The notes under the pieces were generated by a model. The model was not told where the DNA came from, did no database searches, and saw only the letters and a list, made by a program, of their open reading frames with translations. Below, piece by piece: positions 1-10,102 of a DNA stretch of 64,000 bases. The position numbers were made by a program, and so were the translations under genes. Each line of letters begins with the position of its first letter. Position 1 is the stretch's first letter. The DNA comes from Alphaproteobacteria bacterium (GTDB lineage Bacteria > Pseudomonadota > Alphaproteobacteria > UBA6615), in NCBI GenBank assembly GCA_021774445.1, contig JAJFJA010000056.1:18347-82346 (forward strand). The letters are read 5' to 3'.

Positions 1-125
1 TGGCGGTGTGCCAGGCGGGCTGTGCGGACGCCATCGCGTGCGCCGGTGTGCTGCACTATGAAATGTCTTCGGTGCCCGAGTTGAAGCGCTGCGTCGGCGA
101 CGCCGGCTTTGAGGTGCGTCCATGA
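1..125 (+). CDS. hisF: C-terminal fragment of a HisF-like cyclase subunit (glycan-biosynthesis paralog); truncated by the window edge
   Basis: Frame from nt 3 reads AVCQAGCADAIACAGVLHYEMSSVPELKRCVGDAGFEVRP*, matching the HisF C-terminus (ADA..A...H......ELK......G.EVR); the stop overlaps the next start (ATGA). Confidence 0.75.
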   Translation, partial: AVCQAGCADAIACAGVLHYEMSSVPELKRCVGDAGFEVRP

Positions 126-766
126 TTGCCGTGGTCGACTATGATCGCGGCAACCTATTTAGCATCGCGCGGTCGCTCGCCCATGTCGGTGCGCCGTTCA
201 CGGTCACGCAGGATGGGGCGGAGATCCGTGCGGCGGATGGGATCATACTGCCCGGCGTCGGGGCGTTTGCCGACGCGATGGCGGCACTGAGGAGCCGCGA
301 CTTGGTTGAGACGTTGCGCGACGTTGCCGCGATCGGGACGCCGATGCTGGGCATCTGCCTCGGCATGCAGTTGCTGTTCAGTCGCAGCCAGGAATTCGGT
401 GAGACCAAAGGGCTCGATATTATTCGCGGCGAGGTGCGCAAGCTGCCGACGCAACGAGGCGGGATGCGCATTCCAAATGTGGGGTGGCGAAAATTGGATC
501 AGGCGCGGCCAGATCCGCTCTTGGAGACCGGTGAGCCGGCGCCGATGTTCTATTTCGTTCATTCGTTCGTGGCGTTCCCCGAGGATCGGGACAGAAGCGT
601 GGCGACCTTGCGGATCAATGGCTTGGATGCGGCGGTGATGGTCCGGCAAGGTGCCGTGGTTGGATGCCAATTTCACCCGGAGAAGAGCGGTCCGGCGGGG
701 CTCGCGTTGCTGCAGCGCTTTGCGGCGTTGCTCGGCGGGCAAAAGGGTGCCGTACGGGCGGCCTGA
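122..766 (+). CDS. hisH: HisH-like class I glutamine amidotransferase subunit (probably a glycan-biosynthesis paralog)
   Basis: VVDYDRGNL, ILPGVGAF, GICLGMQLL (catalytic Cys), FYFVHSF and QFHPEKS motifs. Confidence 0.92.
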   Translation: MIAVVDYDRGNLFSIARSLAHVGAPFTVTQDGAEIRAADGIILPGVGAFADAMAALRSRDLVETLRDVAAIGTPMLGICLGMQLLFSRSQEFGETKGLDIIRGEVRKLPTQRGGMRIPNVGWRKLDQARPDPLLETGEPAPMFYFVHSFVAFPEDRDRSVATLRINGLDAAVMVRQGAVVGCQFHPEKSGPAGLALLQRFAALLGGQKGAVRAA

Positions 767-786
767 CCGTCTTAGTTCATCAAACA

Positions 787-801
787 TTAAGCATGATTCA
801 C
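787..801 (+). promoter_or_regulatory. Degenerate CtrA box upstream of the amidotransferase
   Basis: TTAA-GCATGAT-TCAC versus consensus TTAA-N7-TTAA. Confidence 0.35.
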
Positions 802-880
802 CTAACTTGGGTGGCAAGTCCCACGGGTCACGGATAGCGCCCGCGGGGTTCGCCAGAAGCAACCGGTTGGGCCGCAATTC

Positions 881-2167
881 ATGTCGAACAAGATCGTTGA
901 AATCGATGGTAAGACTTTTGTCGAGGATCCGGACGATGGGCTCCTCGCGGTTGAGTACGGCCTGCCACCGAATGTCGAATTCTGTGAAAAATGCATTATC
1001 TCCAACCAGCGTGTCTCGCCTTCGGTGGTGACCAAGGACAAGCGGCATTCGAAGAAGGACACGATCCCGTTTCATGACGGCGTCTGCCAAGCCTGTCGGG
1101 TGGTGGCCAAGAAGGAGGAGATCGACTGGGAGGAGCGTGAACGCGGGCTAATCGCGCTGCTGGACCGTTTTCGGTCCCAAAACGGCTCGTATGATTGCCT
1201 GGTCCCGGGTTCCGGCGGGAAAGACTCGGTCTATCAATCTCATATTCTAAAAACCAAATACGGCATGAATCCGCTGACGGTGACGTGGGCGCCGCATATG
1301 TACACGGACGTCGGTTGGCGCAACTTCACCAATTGGATCCAGTTGGCCGGGCATGACAATTTCCTGTTTACGCCGGACGGCGTCGTCCATCGCAAGCTAG
1401 CTGAGCTGGCCTATCGGAACCTGTTGCATCCGTTCCAGCCCTTTGTCTACGGCCAGCGCCATTTCCCCATGCGGATGGCCAAGCGTATGGGGATTCCACT
1501 CATCTTCTACGGCGAGTGTCATGCGGAGTATGGCGCAACCGAGGGTGAGGACGAGGACTCATTGTTTCACCCGCGATATCTGACCGGCGACCCGGATGGA
1601 GATATTTTTATCAGCGGTCTGCCGATCGACGATCTTGCACAGCATGGGATCAATCGTGGGCAGTTGCAGGAATATATGCCGTTGGCTGCCGGTGAGGTCG
1701 AGGAAAGAGGGATTGAGGCCCACTTCCTGGGCTACTTCCTGAAATGGATTCCGCAGCAGAACTACTATTATGCCGTCGAGCACATGAATTTCGAACCGAA
1801 TACGCAGCGTACCGAGGGGTCGTACACGAAATACAACTCGCTTGATGACAAATTGGACGGCTTTCACTACTGGACCAGCCTGGTCAAGTTTGGGGTTGGG
1901 CGTTGCACGCATGAAGCGGGTCAAGAGCTGCGGCACGGCCATATCACGCGGGAAGAGGCGGTGGCGCTGGTGCATAAATACGACAGCGAATTCCCGCAGC
2001 GTTATTTCCAGGACGTGCTGGAATATTTGAGCATGGATAAGGACGAGTTCTTCGAAATAGCGGATAGCTTCCGTTCACCCCACCTGTGGCGAAAGACCGG
2101 CAATGGCTGGGTGCTGCGGCATGAGGTTCAGCAGCATCCCGACGTGCTCACCCGTGCCGTGGGGTGA
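881..2167 (+). CDS. N-acetyl sugar amidotransferase (PseA/WbpG-like, PP-loop ATPase)
   Basis: CxxC pairs (CEKC, CQAC), PP-loop YDCLVPGSGGKDS, KYGMNPL, KFGVGR, GHITREEA; adjacent to hisF/hisH paralogs. Confidence 0.9.
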   Translation: MSNKIVEIDGKTFVEDPDDGLLAVEYGLPPNVEFCEKCIISNQRVSPSVVTKDKRHSKKDTIPFHDGVCQACRVVAKKEEIDWEERERGLIALLDRFRSQNGSYDCLVPGSGGKDSVYQSHILKTKYGMNPLTVTWAPHMYTDVGWRNFTNWIQLAGHDNFLFTPDGVVHRKLAELAYRNLLHPFQPFVYGQRHFPMRMAKRMGIPLIFYGECHAEYGATEGEDEDSLFHPRYLTGDPDGDIFISGLPIDDLAQHGINRGQLQEYMPLAAGEVEERGIEAHFLGYFLKWIPQQNYYYAVEHMNFEPNTQRTEGSYTKYNSLDDKLDGFHYWTSLVKFGVGRCTHEAGQELRHGHITREEAVALVHKYDSEFPQRYFQDVLEYLSMDKDEFFEIADSFRSPHLWRKTGNGWVLRHEVQQHPDVLTRAVG

Positions 2168-2861
2168 GCGTCAGGCCAGTGATTTTGGCAGCGTAATGTT
2201 GCGGTAGCCGCCGGCTGCCTTCTTTGCGCGCGACAGCGCGAAGTGTGTGCCAGTTTGCGTCGAGGAACTCAACAACGCGCGCCGGATCGCGGGCGCCGAG
2301 CGTGCGTAACCACCAGCCAATGGCCTTCTGGATAAACCATTCGGGGTCGTCGGCGTATTTCTCAGCCCAGCCCAACATACGTTCGGGATCTTTGCCCGGT
2401 GTCTTCGCCCAGGGCAGGGTGAAAATAAGAGCGGCGCGGCGAACCCAAAAATCTTTGTGGTTGGTCCATGGCTCGACGTCGTCCAACCGTTTCGGATCGT
2501 CGAGCAGGCATTTCCATGCCACGCGGGCGAGATTGTCTTCCAGGGCCCAGCCGTCGAGATCTTTCATCGAAGACAAGACCTGACGCCAAAGGCGCGGCGT
2601 CGGCGGGATGCGACGATGGGCCAGCAGGCGCGTTGCCGCGATCATGCAGTCCCAGACGCCGGAACGCCAGAGTTGCTCCGCAAGGCCGGAGATTTCCTGC
2701 TCCGAGAGCCGGCGGGCGAAAGACCTGACCACCTTGTCCACAAGCGGCGCCTTGACGCCCCAGTGGACGCGGCTTGATTTGTGATAGCGAACATCGAAGG
2801 CCGCGCGCTCCGCATCGGCGTGGGCCCTCATGGCAGTCTCGAATGCAACGACCTGGTCCAT
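2148..2861 (-). CDS. DNA alkylation repair protein (AlkD-like HEAT-repeat family)
   Basis: WGVKAP, DGWALED, W..H.DFWVRRAA and DPEWFIQKAIGWWLR motifs; start taken at MDQVV. Confidence 0.85.
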   Translation of the reverse strand: MDQVVAFETAMRAHADAERAAFDVRYHKSSRVHWGVKAPLVDKVVRSFARRLSEQEISGLAEQLWRSGVWDCMIAATRLLAHRRIPPTPRLWRQVLSSMKDLDGWALEDNLARVAWKCLLDDPKRLDDVEPWTNHKDFWVRRAALIFTLPWAKTPGKDPERMLGWAEKYADDPEWFIQKAIGWWLRTLGARDPARVVEFLDANWHTLRAVARKEGSRRLPQHYAAKITGLTLTPRHG

Positions 2862-2922
2862 GACTACGGCCGTGCCCAGCTCGTCCACGAGTGGTGCCGA
2901 TCGTGGGCCTGGGGCGGGGGAT

Positions 2923-2938
2923 TTAAGCAAATCTCAAC
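2923..2938 (+). promoter_or_regulatory. CtrA box upstream of maf
   Basis: TTAA-GCAAATC-TCAAC. Confidence 0.45.
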
Positions 2939-3092
2939 CATGATTGGCGAATATCAGATCGACCGTCGTGGGCCGGGAAGTCGTCTTGGCGTGCGCGGGC
3001 GATATTGTACCGCCGCTAAGGGCGTCTGGCAGTCTGTTTTTGTGTTCGGGGGCGACGGGCCCGGTCGCCCTACACTGGAGCATGGTTCTTTG

Positions 3093-5135
3093 ATGATGGA
3101 TTCACCCCTAGACGCTCTGCCGTCGGTTGAGGTTCCAGCGGCTCCCGCCAGTATGTCAGCGCTGCCGGATAACCCGCAATTCGCGGCCAATATCGCTGCC
3201 TTCGAGACTCATGCACCCGATCTTCACGCGCAGCTTTCGCGCCTGACGGAACCCCTGTCCGAGCTGTTGATCTTGCCGAATGGCGGCGTCGACATGTCAC
3301 TACAGGGACAGCTTTTCTATGGTGCGGACGCCGTCGAATTTGCAGAGGCGCAGTTACAGGCATTCCTGAGTAATCCGCAGCGGTTGTTCTTTAATGAACC
3401 CGATCCGGCGAACATCGAGGGCGTCGCCGGCGACTATTGCCGGGCGCTTTGCGGGCGAATGGAAGCCGCCAGGATCGGGCTGAATCGAGAGTCTGTCGGC
3501 AAGAACTCGCACTTTACCATCGTCTTTGGGGCCGGATTGGGGCTTCATATCGAGCCGCTGATCCGGCACACGGAATGCAAGGTACTTCTCATCGTCGATC
3601 CGACGCTGGAGAATATCTTCCACTCTCTCTCGGTTGTCGACTGGGCGGGGATATTTTCTGAAGCGGACGCCAGTGGCCGGGAGATTATATTCATTGTCGA
3701 AGATTCCGTTGACGCGATCATCGCGACAGCGCGGACCGCCATTCGGGCCCGCAATCCGGCGCTCTTGGACGGTATTTATGTCTACGCCCACTATCACAAT
3801 TCACTCCTGAAGGGCGCCCGGGAGCGATTTCAACAAGAGTTGTTTCTGCATCTGTCGGGACTCGGGTTCTTCGAGGACGAGTTACGGATGATGGCCAACT
3901 CCTGCTCCAATCTTGGCCACGGACAGACGATGGCCATTAATCGGCAGATGCCGGTTCATGAAACGCCCTTGTTCATCGTCGGCTCCGGCCCGTCGATCGA
4001 CAAGGACCTCGATTTCATCAAGGAAAATCGCGACCGAGCGATACTTATGAGTATTGGTTCCGGATTGCGGGGCTTGCTGGCCCATGGTGTCAAGCCCGAC
4101 TACCATGTTGAGCTGGAGAACGAATTCACCACGGCCTACATCATCGGGGTCGTGGCCGAGGAATTCGACCTCGCGGGCATTACATTGATCGGCTCCTACA
4201 CAATTCAAAAAAGAGTTGCCGACCGTTTCGACGAGACGCTGTTCTATTTCCGCGAACGGACCAGCTCGAGCATGCTTTTTGGCGATGGGTTTCAGCAGGT
4301 TTCTCCAGCCGGACCGACGGTGGCAAACTCGGCGCTCTCGGTGGCAATCCGGTTCGGCTTCAAAGACGTCTATCTGTTCGGGATGGACATGGGGTCGAAG
4401 GATCAGAGCCTGTATCATTCCAGCGGGTCGGTTTATGGCGCCGGGGTGTTGAGTGAGCTTGACCGTCCCGATACGCCCATTCCAGGCAATTTCGGCGGGA
4501 CGGCGTTCGCAGAGAATGTCCTTATCTGGTGCCGGCATTCGTTCGAGAACATGCTGCGGGCGCATCGCTATATGCGCTGCACAAATTGCAGCGATGGGGC
4601 GAGGATCGCCAATGCGATTCCCCGACTTACCCGGACAATCGAGTTGACCAACGAGCCGGTGGACCGCGAGGCGTTCAAACGGCAGATCCGCGATGGCATC
4701 AGCGTGTTTTCGGAGGGTAGACGCCGGCAATCCTGGTATCTGCCGTTGCGCCGCTCCGAGGTGCAGGTGGTCGTTGACGCAGCGCTTGCGTGCTTGGACC
4801 GAGCCGCCGCGCAGGATGATCCGGATCTTGAGTGGATGCATGAGCTGGCCACGCTCGTGCGCTATGATCTGGGTGGCGAGCGCAGCACGGCACTCGCGTT
4901 TTTCTACGGCACCGTTCTGCTCATGTTGGGCTGTAGCTGGTGGTATGATCGGCGTCTTGCCGAGGCCGATCGGCGGACGGATTTTCGCAAGGCGGTCATC
5001 GCCGAGCTTCGGGCTTCGTTCGAGGGGATGGATCAACGGCTTAAGCAGCTGTATCAGGAAATCGAAGACTATTTCAACGGCGAGCGCGAGGTGATCGAAG
5101 CGCCGCACGAGACTGACCGGCCTGACCTACATTAG
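3093..5135 (+). CDS. maf: Motility-associated factor (Maf) flagellin glycosyltransferase, DUF115/MAF_flag10 family
   Basis: FGAGLGLHI, GLGFFEDE, IVGSGPSID, GVKPDYHVELE, PTVAN, YLFGMDMG and NCSDGARI motifs; start at MMDSP downstream of GGAG. Confidence 0.88.
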   Translation: MMDSPLDALPSVEVPAAPASMSALPDNPQFAANIAAFETHAPDLHAQLSRLTEPLSELLILPNGGVDMSLQGQLFYGADAVEFAEAQLQAFLSNPQRLFFNEPDPANIEGVAGDYCRALCGRMEAARIGLNRESVGKNSHFTIVFGAGLGLHIEPLIRHTECKVLLIVDPTLENIFHSLSVVDWAGIFSEADASGREIIFIVEDSVDAIIATARTAIRARNPALLDGIYVYAHYHNSLLKGARERFQQELFLHLSGLGFFEDELRMMANSCSNLGHGQTMAINRQMPVHETPLFIVGSGPSIDKDLDFIKENRDRAILMSIGSGLRGLLAHGVKPDYHVELENEFTTAYIIGVVAEEFDLAGITLIGSYTIQKRVADRFDETLFYFRERTSSSMLFGDGFQQVSPAGPTVANSALSVAIRFGFKDVYLFGMDMGSKDQSLYHSSGSVYGAGVLSELDRPDTPIPGNFGGTAFAENVLIWCRHSFENMLRAHRYMRCTNCSDGARIANAIPRLTRTIELTNEPVDREAFKRQIRDGISVFSEGRRRQSWYLPLRRSEVQVVVDAALACLDRAAAQDDPDLEWMHELATLVRYDLGGERSTALAFFYGTVLLMLGCSWWYDRRLAEADRRTDFRKAVIAELRASFEGMDQRLKQLYQEIEDYFNGEREVIEAPHETDRPDLH

Positions 5136-5197
5136 GGCGCGGGACGTTATCCAAGATTTTTCGGTGAGGTCGTGGTTTAGCGGTTGCGCCGGCAGCC

Positions 5198-7177
5198 CTA
5201 TTGGACGTGTCGTTGGGTCCAGATCTGCTGAAAAGCGGATTCAAGGGATCTGGCGGTGGCACGGACATCGGCGAGCGGTGAGGCTGATACCCGACCCCTA
5301 AGGGTTTCTCGCGTGTCCGCAAGTGTGGACAGATCCAGCGCTATCAGACGACCGGTGTGCGCCAAATCGGCGGCATCCTGGCAGACCCATTCGCGGCACT
5401 CGGCGTCGATCAGGGTTGCGGCGGTTAGGCGACCGGCGAAGTTGTCGCGCGGTACGGTCAGGACGGGGACACCCATCCACAGAGCGCGACATGTCTCCGT
5501 GATGCACCCGCGATGGGCAACATCGAGGGCGATGTCTACGTGGTGATAGAACTCAAATTCATTGCTGAAGTTCTCGGCGGGATTGACGATGTCGATCCGA
5601 TCGCGCAGGCCGAGATGGGAGAAGGCTTCGTAGGTGCGAAGGACGCAGGTCTCGTCCAGTTCATGGCGGTTGTTGATGATGAGGCGCGCGTTGGGGATGG
5701 ATAGGAGCAACGGTCTCAGGGTGGCCGCAACATTGGTGTCGATTGCCGCAAGGTCGGCAACAATGCCGAAACTGACGTAGCCGAGGGCTGAGGCCGGCAG
5801 GGTATTGACCTCCGGCAGAATCGCCGGTGGGGCGTAACACGCCAAGGGGCCGCTGAGGTGGTGGACACGGCCGCCGCAAGTCGGCGGGACCTCCGGATCC
5901 GGCCAGGAGGCGGGCGTTGCGAGGAAATAGTCGTTGCCGACAGGGTGATCGTAGCCGAGCCAATTTGCGGTGGCCGGCACGGTGCTGCGGGCCAACGTCA
6001 ACAACCTGCAGCCGTCGCCATGGCCGGTAAGATCGACAGCGACGTCGATGGCGTCGCCGCGCAGGATCTCGGCGGCGGTTTCGTCGTCGACATCGACGAG
6101 ATCGGTCCAGCGGTCCGACAGGTGATTGATACGCTCGGATATCAAGTCGGATTGCTTGCCGTCGCTATAACAATAGATCTCGATCCGAGACCTATCATGG
6201 ACATCGAGGATCGGCGTCAGTAGGCGCGTGAGATCGTTGTCATGGAACTGGCCGCAGAAATATCCGACACGTAAGCGCCGATCTGTCTTGTCGGCGCTTG
6301 CCGACGGCGCCACCGGGCGGGCGAGGGAGGCCTTGCCGGTAAGGGGGGCGGCATGATCATGCCGCCATTCGGCATGGGCGCGCGCGACGTCCACACTGGA
6401 GGCGTTGGCGCTGCGGATCAGGTCTTGGAGGCGGCGGGAGCCAAGTTTGGCGTCCTGCGGTGCCATGGAGAGCACCGCGTTGTGGCAGGCCTGCGCTTCG
6501 TCGAAGCGCCCGGCGGTGGTCAGTGCGGCGGCGACCTCGGAGAGATCTTCGGGTGTCTGGTCGTGGCCATGCAGTAGGGCATGGCCGGCGGCGATAGCGC
6601 GTTCGACTTGGCCGGCGGCCCGAGATGCGCGGGCCAAAAGGCGCAGGGTGGCCGGATCGCCCGGGCTGATGTTCAGCTGCTTCTGGCAGGCCTCGATCGC
6701 GTCGTTCGGACGACGCTCGATGAGGAAGCGCTCGGCCCGATGGCGATAGAGATGGGGTTTCGATTCCTCGAGATTGGTTAGAAAATTGCGAAACTCGGCC
6801 GGCAGCAAGTCGGGGTATGTCGGGTGAGGCGGCTGAGTAGTCGCCAGTTTGGCATAGAAAAGACCTTCATTGACGTTGCCGACGCGGGCATAGGCCGCTG
6901 CCAGGGCCTGCGTGAAGTCACAGATATCCGGCTGTAGTTCGTGCGCTCGTTTGAGCAGAGGCAGGGCATGTGACGGCTCGTCCAGTTCAAAGCTGATAAG
7001 CCCGAGGACCAGAAATGCCTCGGCGCAGCCGGCTTCGGTCTTCAGCACGGTTTCGCAGGCAACGATGGCTTCTTCGACCCGCCCAGCCGCCAGGTGAGCC
7101 GTGGCTTGGTAGAGGGTCTCACGCAGAAATAAGGTCTTTCCGCCGGGGAGTGCCGCGTCGTCAATGTCGATGCTCAT
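5198..7177 (-). CDS. TPR-repeat + GT41 (O-GlcNAc transferase/SPINDLY-like) protein
   Basis: N-terminal TPR helices; RLRVGY, DRSRIEIYCYS, DAIDVAVDLTGH, WLGY, VDIALD and ALWMGVPVLT motifs. Confidence 0.85.
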   Translation of the reverse strand: MSIDIDDAALPGGKTLFLRETLYQATAHLAAGRVEEAIVACETVLKTEAGCAEAFLVLGLISFELDEPSHALPLLKRAHELQPDICDFTQALAAAYARVGNVNEGLFYAKLATTQPPHPTYPDLLPAEFRNFLTNLEESKPHLYRHRAERFLIERRPNDAIEACQKQLNISPGDPATLRLLARASRAAGQVERAIAAGHALLHGHDQTPEDLSEVAAALTTAGRFDEAQACHNAVLSMAPQDAKLGSRRLQDLIRSANASSVDVARAHAEWRHDHAAPLTGKASLARPVAPSASADKTDRRLRVGYFCGQFHDNDLTRLLTPILDVHDRSRIEIYCYSDGKQSDLISERINHLSDRWTDLVDVDDETAAEILRGDAIDVAVDLTGHGDGCRLLTLARSTVPATANWLGYDHPVGNDYFLATPASWPDPEVPPTCGGRVHHLSGPLACYAPPAILPEVNTLPASALGYVSFGIVADLAAIDTNVAATLRPLLLSIPNARLIINNRHELDETCVLRTYEAFSHLGLRDRIDIVNPAENFSNEFEFYHHVDIALDVAHRGCITETCRALWMGVPVLTVPRDNFAGRLTAATLIDAECREWVCQDAADLAHTGRLIALDLSTLADTRETLRGRVSASPLADVRATARSLESAFQQIWTQRHVQ

Positions 7178-7200
7178 GCCCCGACTTTAGGGCGTTATGC

Positions 7201-7215
7201 TTAACAGCGTATTAC
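7201..7215 (-). promoter_or_regulatory. CtrA box upstream of the GT41 gene
   Basis: Plus strand TTAA-CAGCGTA-TTAC, 24 nt from the start codon. Confidence 0.5.
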
Positions 7216-7255
7216 CGTCGTTATCGTACTAATTCAGTGCTTTAGCCCGGCTTTC

Positions 7256-8140
7256 TCAGTCCCCAAGGGGCTCGAACACGTCGCCCTCCAGAAGATTCAT
7301 TAGGTTATATTTCATGCGGCGCAGGTTCTGGAGAGCCGACTTGCCGAGGCAGTAGGCCAGACCGGTTGCGAGCAGATCGACCACAGCCATATAGGCGTAG
7401 CGTGACGCCGTCGGTGTCATGATGTCGGTCGTCTCAGGAATATGAATGGTAAGCGGGACGGTGCAGAGCTGGGAGAGGGCGGAGTCGGGCATGGTGATAC
7501 CAACGACCGGGACGCCGACCTGGGTGGCGATCTCGACACTTTGATTGACCTCCGCCGATCGTCCGGTAACGGATATGGCGATCACCGCGTCCTCCGGTCC
7601 CAAGGTGGAGGCGGCCATGCGCATGAGATAACCGTCGGAATATGCGGTGACGGCGAGACCCAGGCGGAAGAGCCGGTATTGGGCATCCTGGGCCACGGCG
7701 GTGGAGCCGCCACCGACACCGAAGATCATGATACGCTTGGCTTTCGCCAGGTAGGTGATCGCCCGTTCAACCTGCTCGGGATCGATCTGCCGTTCCACAC
7801 GATCGATGGCCTCGCGGGCTTTCTGCAGAATCGAGGCGCTGTAAGGCAGGGGAGAGCCTTCGCCGGTCGCGCCCGGCGGCTGTTGGAAATGACGGCTGTT
7901 GATGACGAGGCTTTGGGCTAGCTTGAACTTGAAATCCCGAACGCCCTCGCAGCCCAGGGTGCGGCAGAAGCGCGTCACCGTGGGTTCGCTGACCTCGGCG
8001 CGCTGAGCCAACTCGGAATTGCTGGCGTGAACGGCGAAGTCGACGTCGGCGAGAACGGCGTCAGCGACCCGTCGTTCGGCGGGGCGCAGGCTGCCCTTGG
8101 TCTCGCGCATATGGGAGATAATGTCTTGTACGGGATTCAT
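7256..8140 (-). CDS. RpiR/HexR-family transcriptional regulator (HTH + SIS domain)
   Basis: LRPAERRVAD, ELAQRAEVSEPTVTRFCRTLG, FGVGGGS, ISVTGRS; start at MNPVQ. Confidence 0.93.
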   Translation of the reverse strand: MNPVQDIISHMRETKGSLRPAERRVADAVLADVDFAVHASNSELAQRAEVSEPTVTRFCRTLGCEGVRDFKFKLAQSLVINSRHFQQPPGATGEGSPLPYSASILQKAREAIDRVERQIDPEQVERAITYLAKAKRIMIFGVGGGSTAVAQDAQYRLFRLGLAVTAYSDGYLMRMAASTLGPEDAVIAISVTGRSAEVNQSVEIATQVGVPVVGITMPDSALSQLCTVPLTIHIPETTDIMTPTASRYAYMAVVDLLATGLAYCLGKSALQNLRRMKYNLMNLLEGDVFEPLGD

Positions 8141-8198
8141 GGCTCGGTAATGTTGTCTCAAAGCATGGTGTGGTGTCGGTTGTGTCTTAGAGCAAAAA

Positions 8199-8212
8199 TG
8201 TAGGAAAGTTAC
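8199..8212. promoter_or_regulatory. Putative RpiR operator
   Basis: TGTAGGAAAGTTAC; near-identical inverted copy at 11607-11620. Confidence 0.6.
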
Positions 8213-8379
8213 TAATAATCGCAAGAATTTTCCGTTGCATCAATGGAAGAGTCGACGGTAGTGGCCGACCTTTGGTTTGTGATGTAGGATATTTTCTTAA
8301 ATATGGGGAGCCGCAGCCGCTCGTGCGTGGCGCTGAGGACGGGTTGAATGTGTTATGTGCACGGGGTTCGTTTTCGGGG

Positions 8380-9213
8380 CTACTTGACGGCGCCCAGGGC
8401 GAGGCCGCGGACCAAGTAGCGTTGTAGCCAGCCGAAGATAATGGCGACGGGGACGGTTGCGAGTAGCGTCGCTCCCATGATGTGGTGCCACTCGACCGTG
8501 TAGCGGCCAGCGACCAGAGAGAAGATTTTGATGGGCAAGGTGTGGCTCTCCGCCGACCGTAGCATCGTCAAGGCGAGGACGAACTCGTTCCAGCTATTGA
8601 TGAAGGTGAAAATGGCGGTAACGACCATGGCCGGCACGGCGAGGGGCAGGAAGACGATGATAACCGTGCGGAAGCGACTGGCGCCCTCCAACCAAGCGGC
8701 TTCCTCAAGATCGCGGGGGATCGTGGCAAAGTAGCTCTGCAACATCCACACGGCGAAGGCGATGTTGAAAGCGGCGTAGATCATCACCAGGACATTCACC
8801 GAGTCCAGCAGGCCGACCGCGACGGAGAGGCGGAATAGGCCGAGGACAAGAACGATCGGGGACAGCATTTGGGTGATCAACAGGAATTGGCGGTAAGCGC
8901 CCTTGCCCTTGAATTCAAAACGCGACAGGGCATAGGCCGCCGGCACGGCGACGATCAGGGCGCCGAGCGTCGATGCGGTGCTGACATAAAGACTGTTGAG
9001 CAAAGCGCGGCCGAAGCCGGTCACCTGCCACATTTCAACGAAATTGGCCCAACGAATGGTACTTGGTAGCCACGCCGTGGGCGTCGCGAGGACCTCGTCG
9101 GCAGGTTTCACCGCCGTGAAGAACATGACCGCGAACGGGAACAGGATCACCACCATAAGCGGTGACAGCACGAGCCAACTGATAATACTTCGCCTAGCGC
9201 GTTTGCTCATCAC
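8380..9213 (-). CDS. Carbohydrate ABC transporter permease (MalG-like)
   Basis: Multiple TM segments; EAA loop [16 protein letters not shown]. Confidence 0.93.
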   Translation of the reverse strand: MMSKRARRSIISWLVLSPLMVVILFPFAVMFFTAVKPADEVLATPTAWLPSTIRWANFVEMWQVTGFGRALLNSLYVSTASTLGALIVAVPAAYALSRFEFKGKGAYRQFLLITQMLSPIVLVLGLFRLSVAVGLLDSVNVLVMIYAAFNIAFAVWMLQSYFATIPRDLEEAAWLEGASRFRTVIIVFLPLAVPAMVVTAIFTFINSWNEFVLALTMLRSAESHTLPIKIFSLVAGRYTVEWHHIMGATLLATVPVAIIFGWLQRYLVRGLALGAVK

Positions 9214-10066
9214 GGATGACCATGCGGGTGTAGAGGAGAGTAATGGCGAGAAGAAGGGCGAACATGATGAGCGACACGACCGACGCCTCGCCCATCTTGC
9301 CGAAGCGGAAGGCCAGCTTATAGAGGTAGGTGACCAGGATGTCGGTCTGGTTGGCCGGGCCGCCTTGGGTCAGGACCCAGATGATGGGGAAGGAATTGAA
9401 GACGTAGATTACGTTCAAGACCAGCGCGATGTTGATGAAAGGGCGCATCAGGGGCAACGTCAGCGTGCGGAGCTGCTGCCAGGGACTGGCGCCGTCGACG
9501 CGCGCGGCCTCGTAGATATCGGCGGGTATCGACGACAGGCCGCCGAGGAATACCGTCACGGCGAACGGGATCGAAACCAAGATGCCGATAGCGATCTGCA
9601 TGGGAAATGCGGTGGCGCCGGAGGCGAGCCAGACAATGGGTTCGCCGATGATGCCAAGGTCCTGCAGGGTCTTGTTGAGGAGGCCGAACTGACCGTTCAG
9701 CGACCAGCGCCAAACAATGGCGGTCATGGTCAGAGAGACCGACCAGGGCAACATGATGATAACCCGCGCGAGGCCGCGCCCAGCAAAATCCTCGTTGAGG
9801 ATGAGGGCGATGGGGAATGAGAGCAAGATGGTGCCGCCGACGACACCAACGGTCCAAAGGACCGTGCGCCATAGAGACTGATAGAACAGGCTATCGTCGA
9901 GGACGGCGAGCAGATTTTCGAAACCGCTAAAGTAACGGATCTGGCCGAAGCGGTTGACGTTGTGGGTGGCGAGCTGGCTCAAGTCCCACAGTGGGAACAA
10001 GATAATAAACGCCGCGAGAAAGAAGCTGGGGAGGATCAGATAGGCCGGAGCCAGTCGCGATGACAT
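9194..10066 (-). CDS. Carbohydrate ABC transporter permease (MalF-like)
   Basis: YEAARVDGA loop, LTQGGP motif, TM segments. Confidence 0.93.
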   Translation of the reverse strand: MSSRLAPAYLILPSFFLAAFIILFPLWDLSQLATHNVNRFGQIRYFSGFENLLAVLDDSLFYQSLWRTVLWTVGVVGGTILLSFPIALILNEDFAGRGLARVIIMLPWSVSLTMTAIVWRWSLNGQFGLLNKTLQDLGIIGEPIVWLASGATAFPMQIAIGILVSIPFAVTVFLGGLSSIPADIYEAARVDGASPWQQLRTLTLPLMRPFINIALVLNVIYVFNSFPIIWVLTQGGPANQTDILVTYLYKLAFRFGKMGEASVVSLIMFALLLAITLLYTRMVIRDEQTR

Positions 10067-10102
10067 GCGCTGCCAGTCTGTGGCGGTGGACCAATTTCAG
10101 CG

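Noticed and set aside
1..766. hisF/hisH as part of a histidine biosynthesis operon
   Set aside because: Gene order hisF-hisH-sugar amidotransferase-maf and the absence of other his genes fit the glycan-modification paralogs better; the upstream flank is not visible
2781..3092. 104-aa N-terminal extension of Maf in the ORF track
   Set aside because: Overlaps the divergent AlkD-like gene and a CtrA-like box; a start with a GGAG RBS exists at 3093
3882..5108. 408-aa antisense ORF (and similar ones at 8996-9820, 12812-13624, 16712-17542, 21763-23816, 30355-32469, 36213-36998)
   Set aside because: Shadow ORFs opposite well-supported genes, expected from high-GC codon bias; no recognisable motifs
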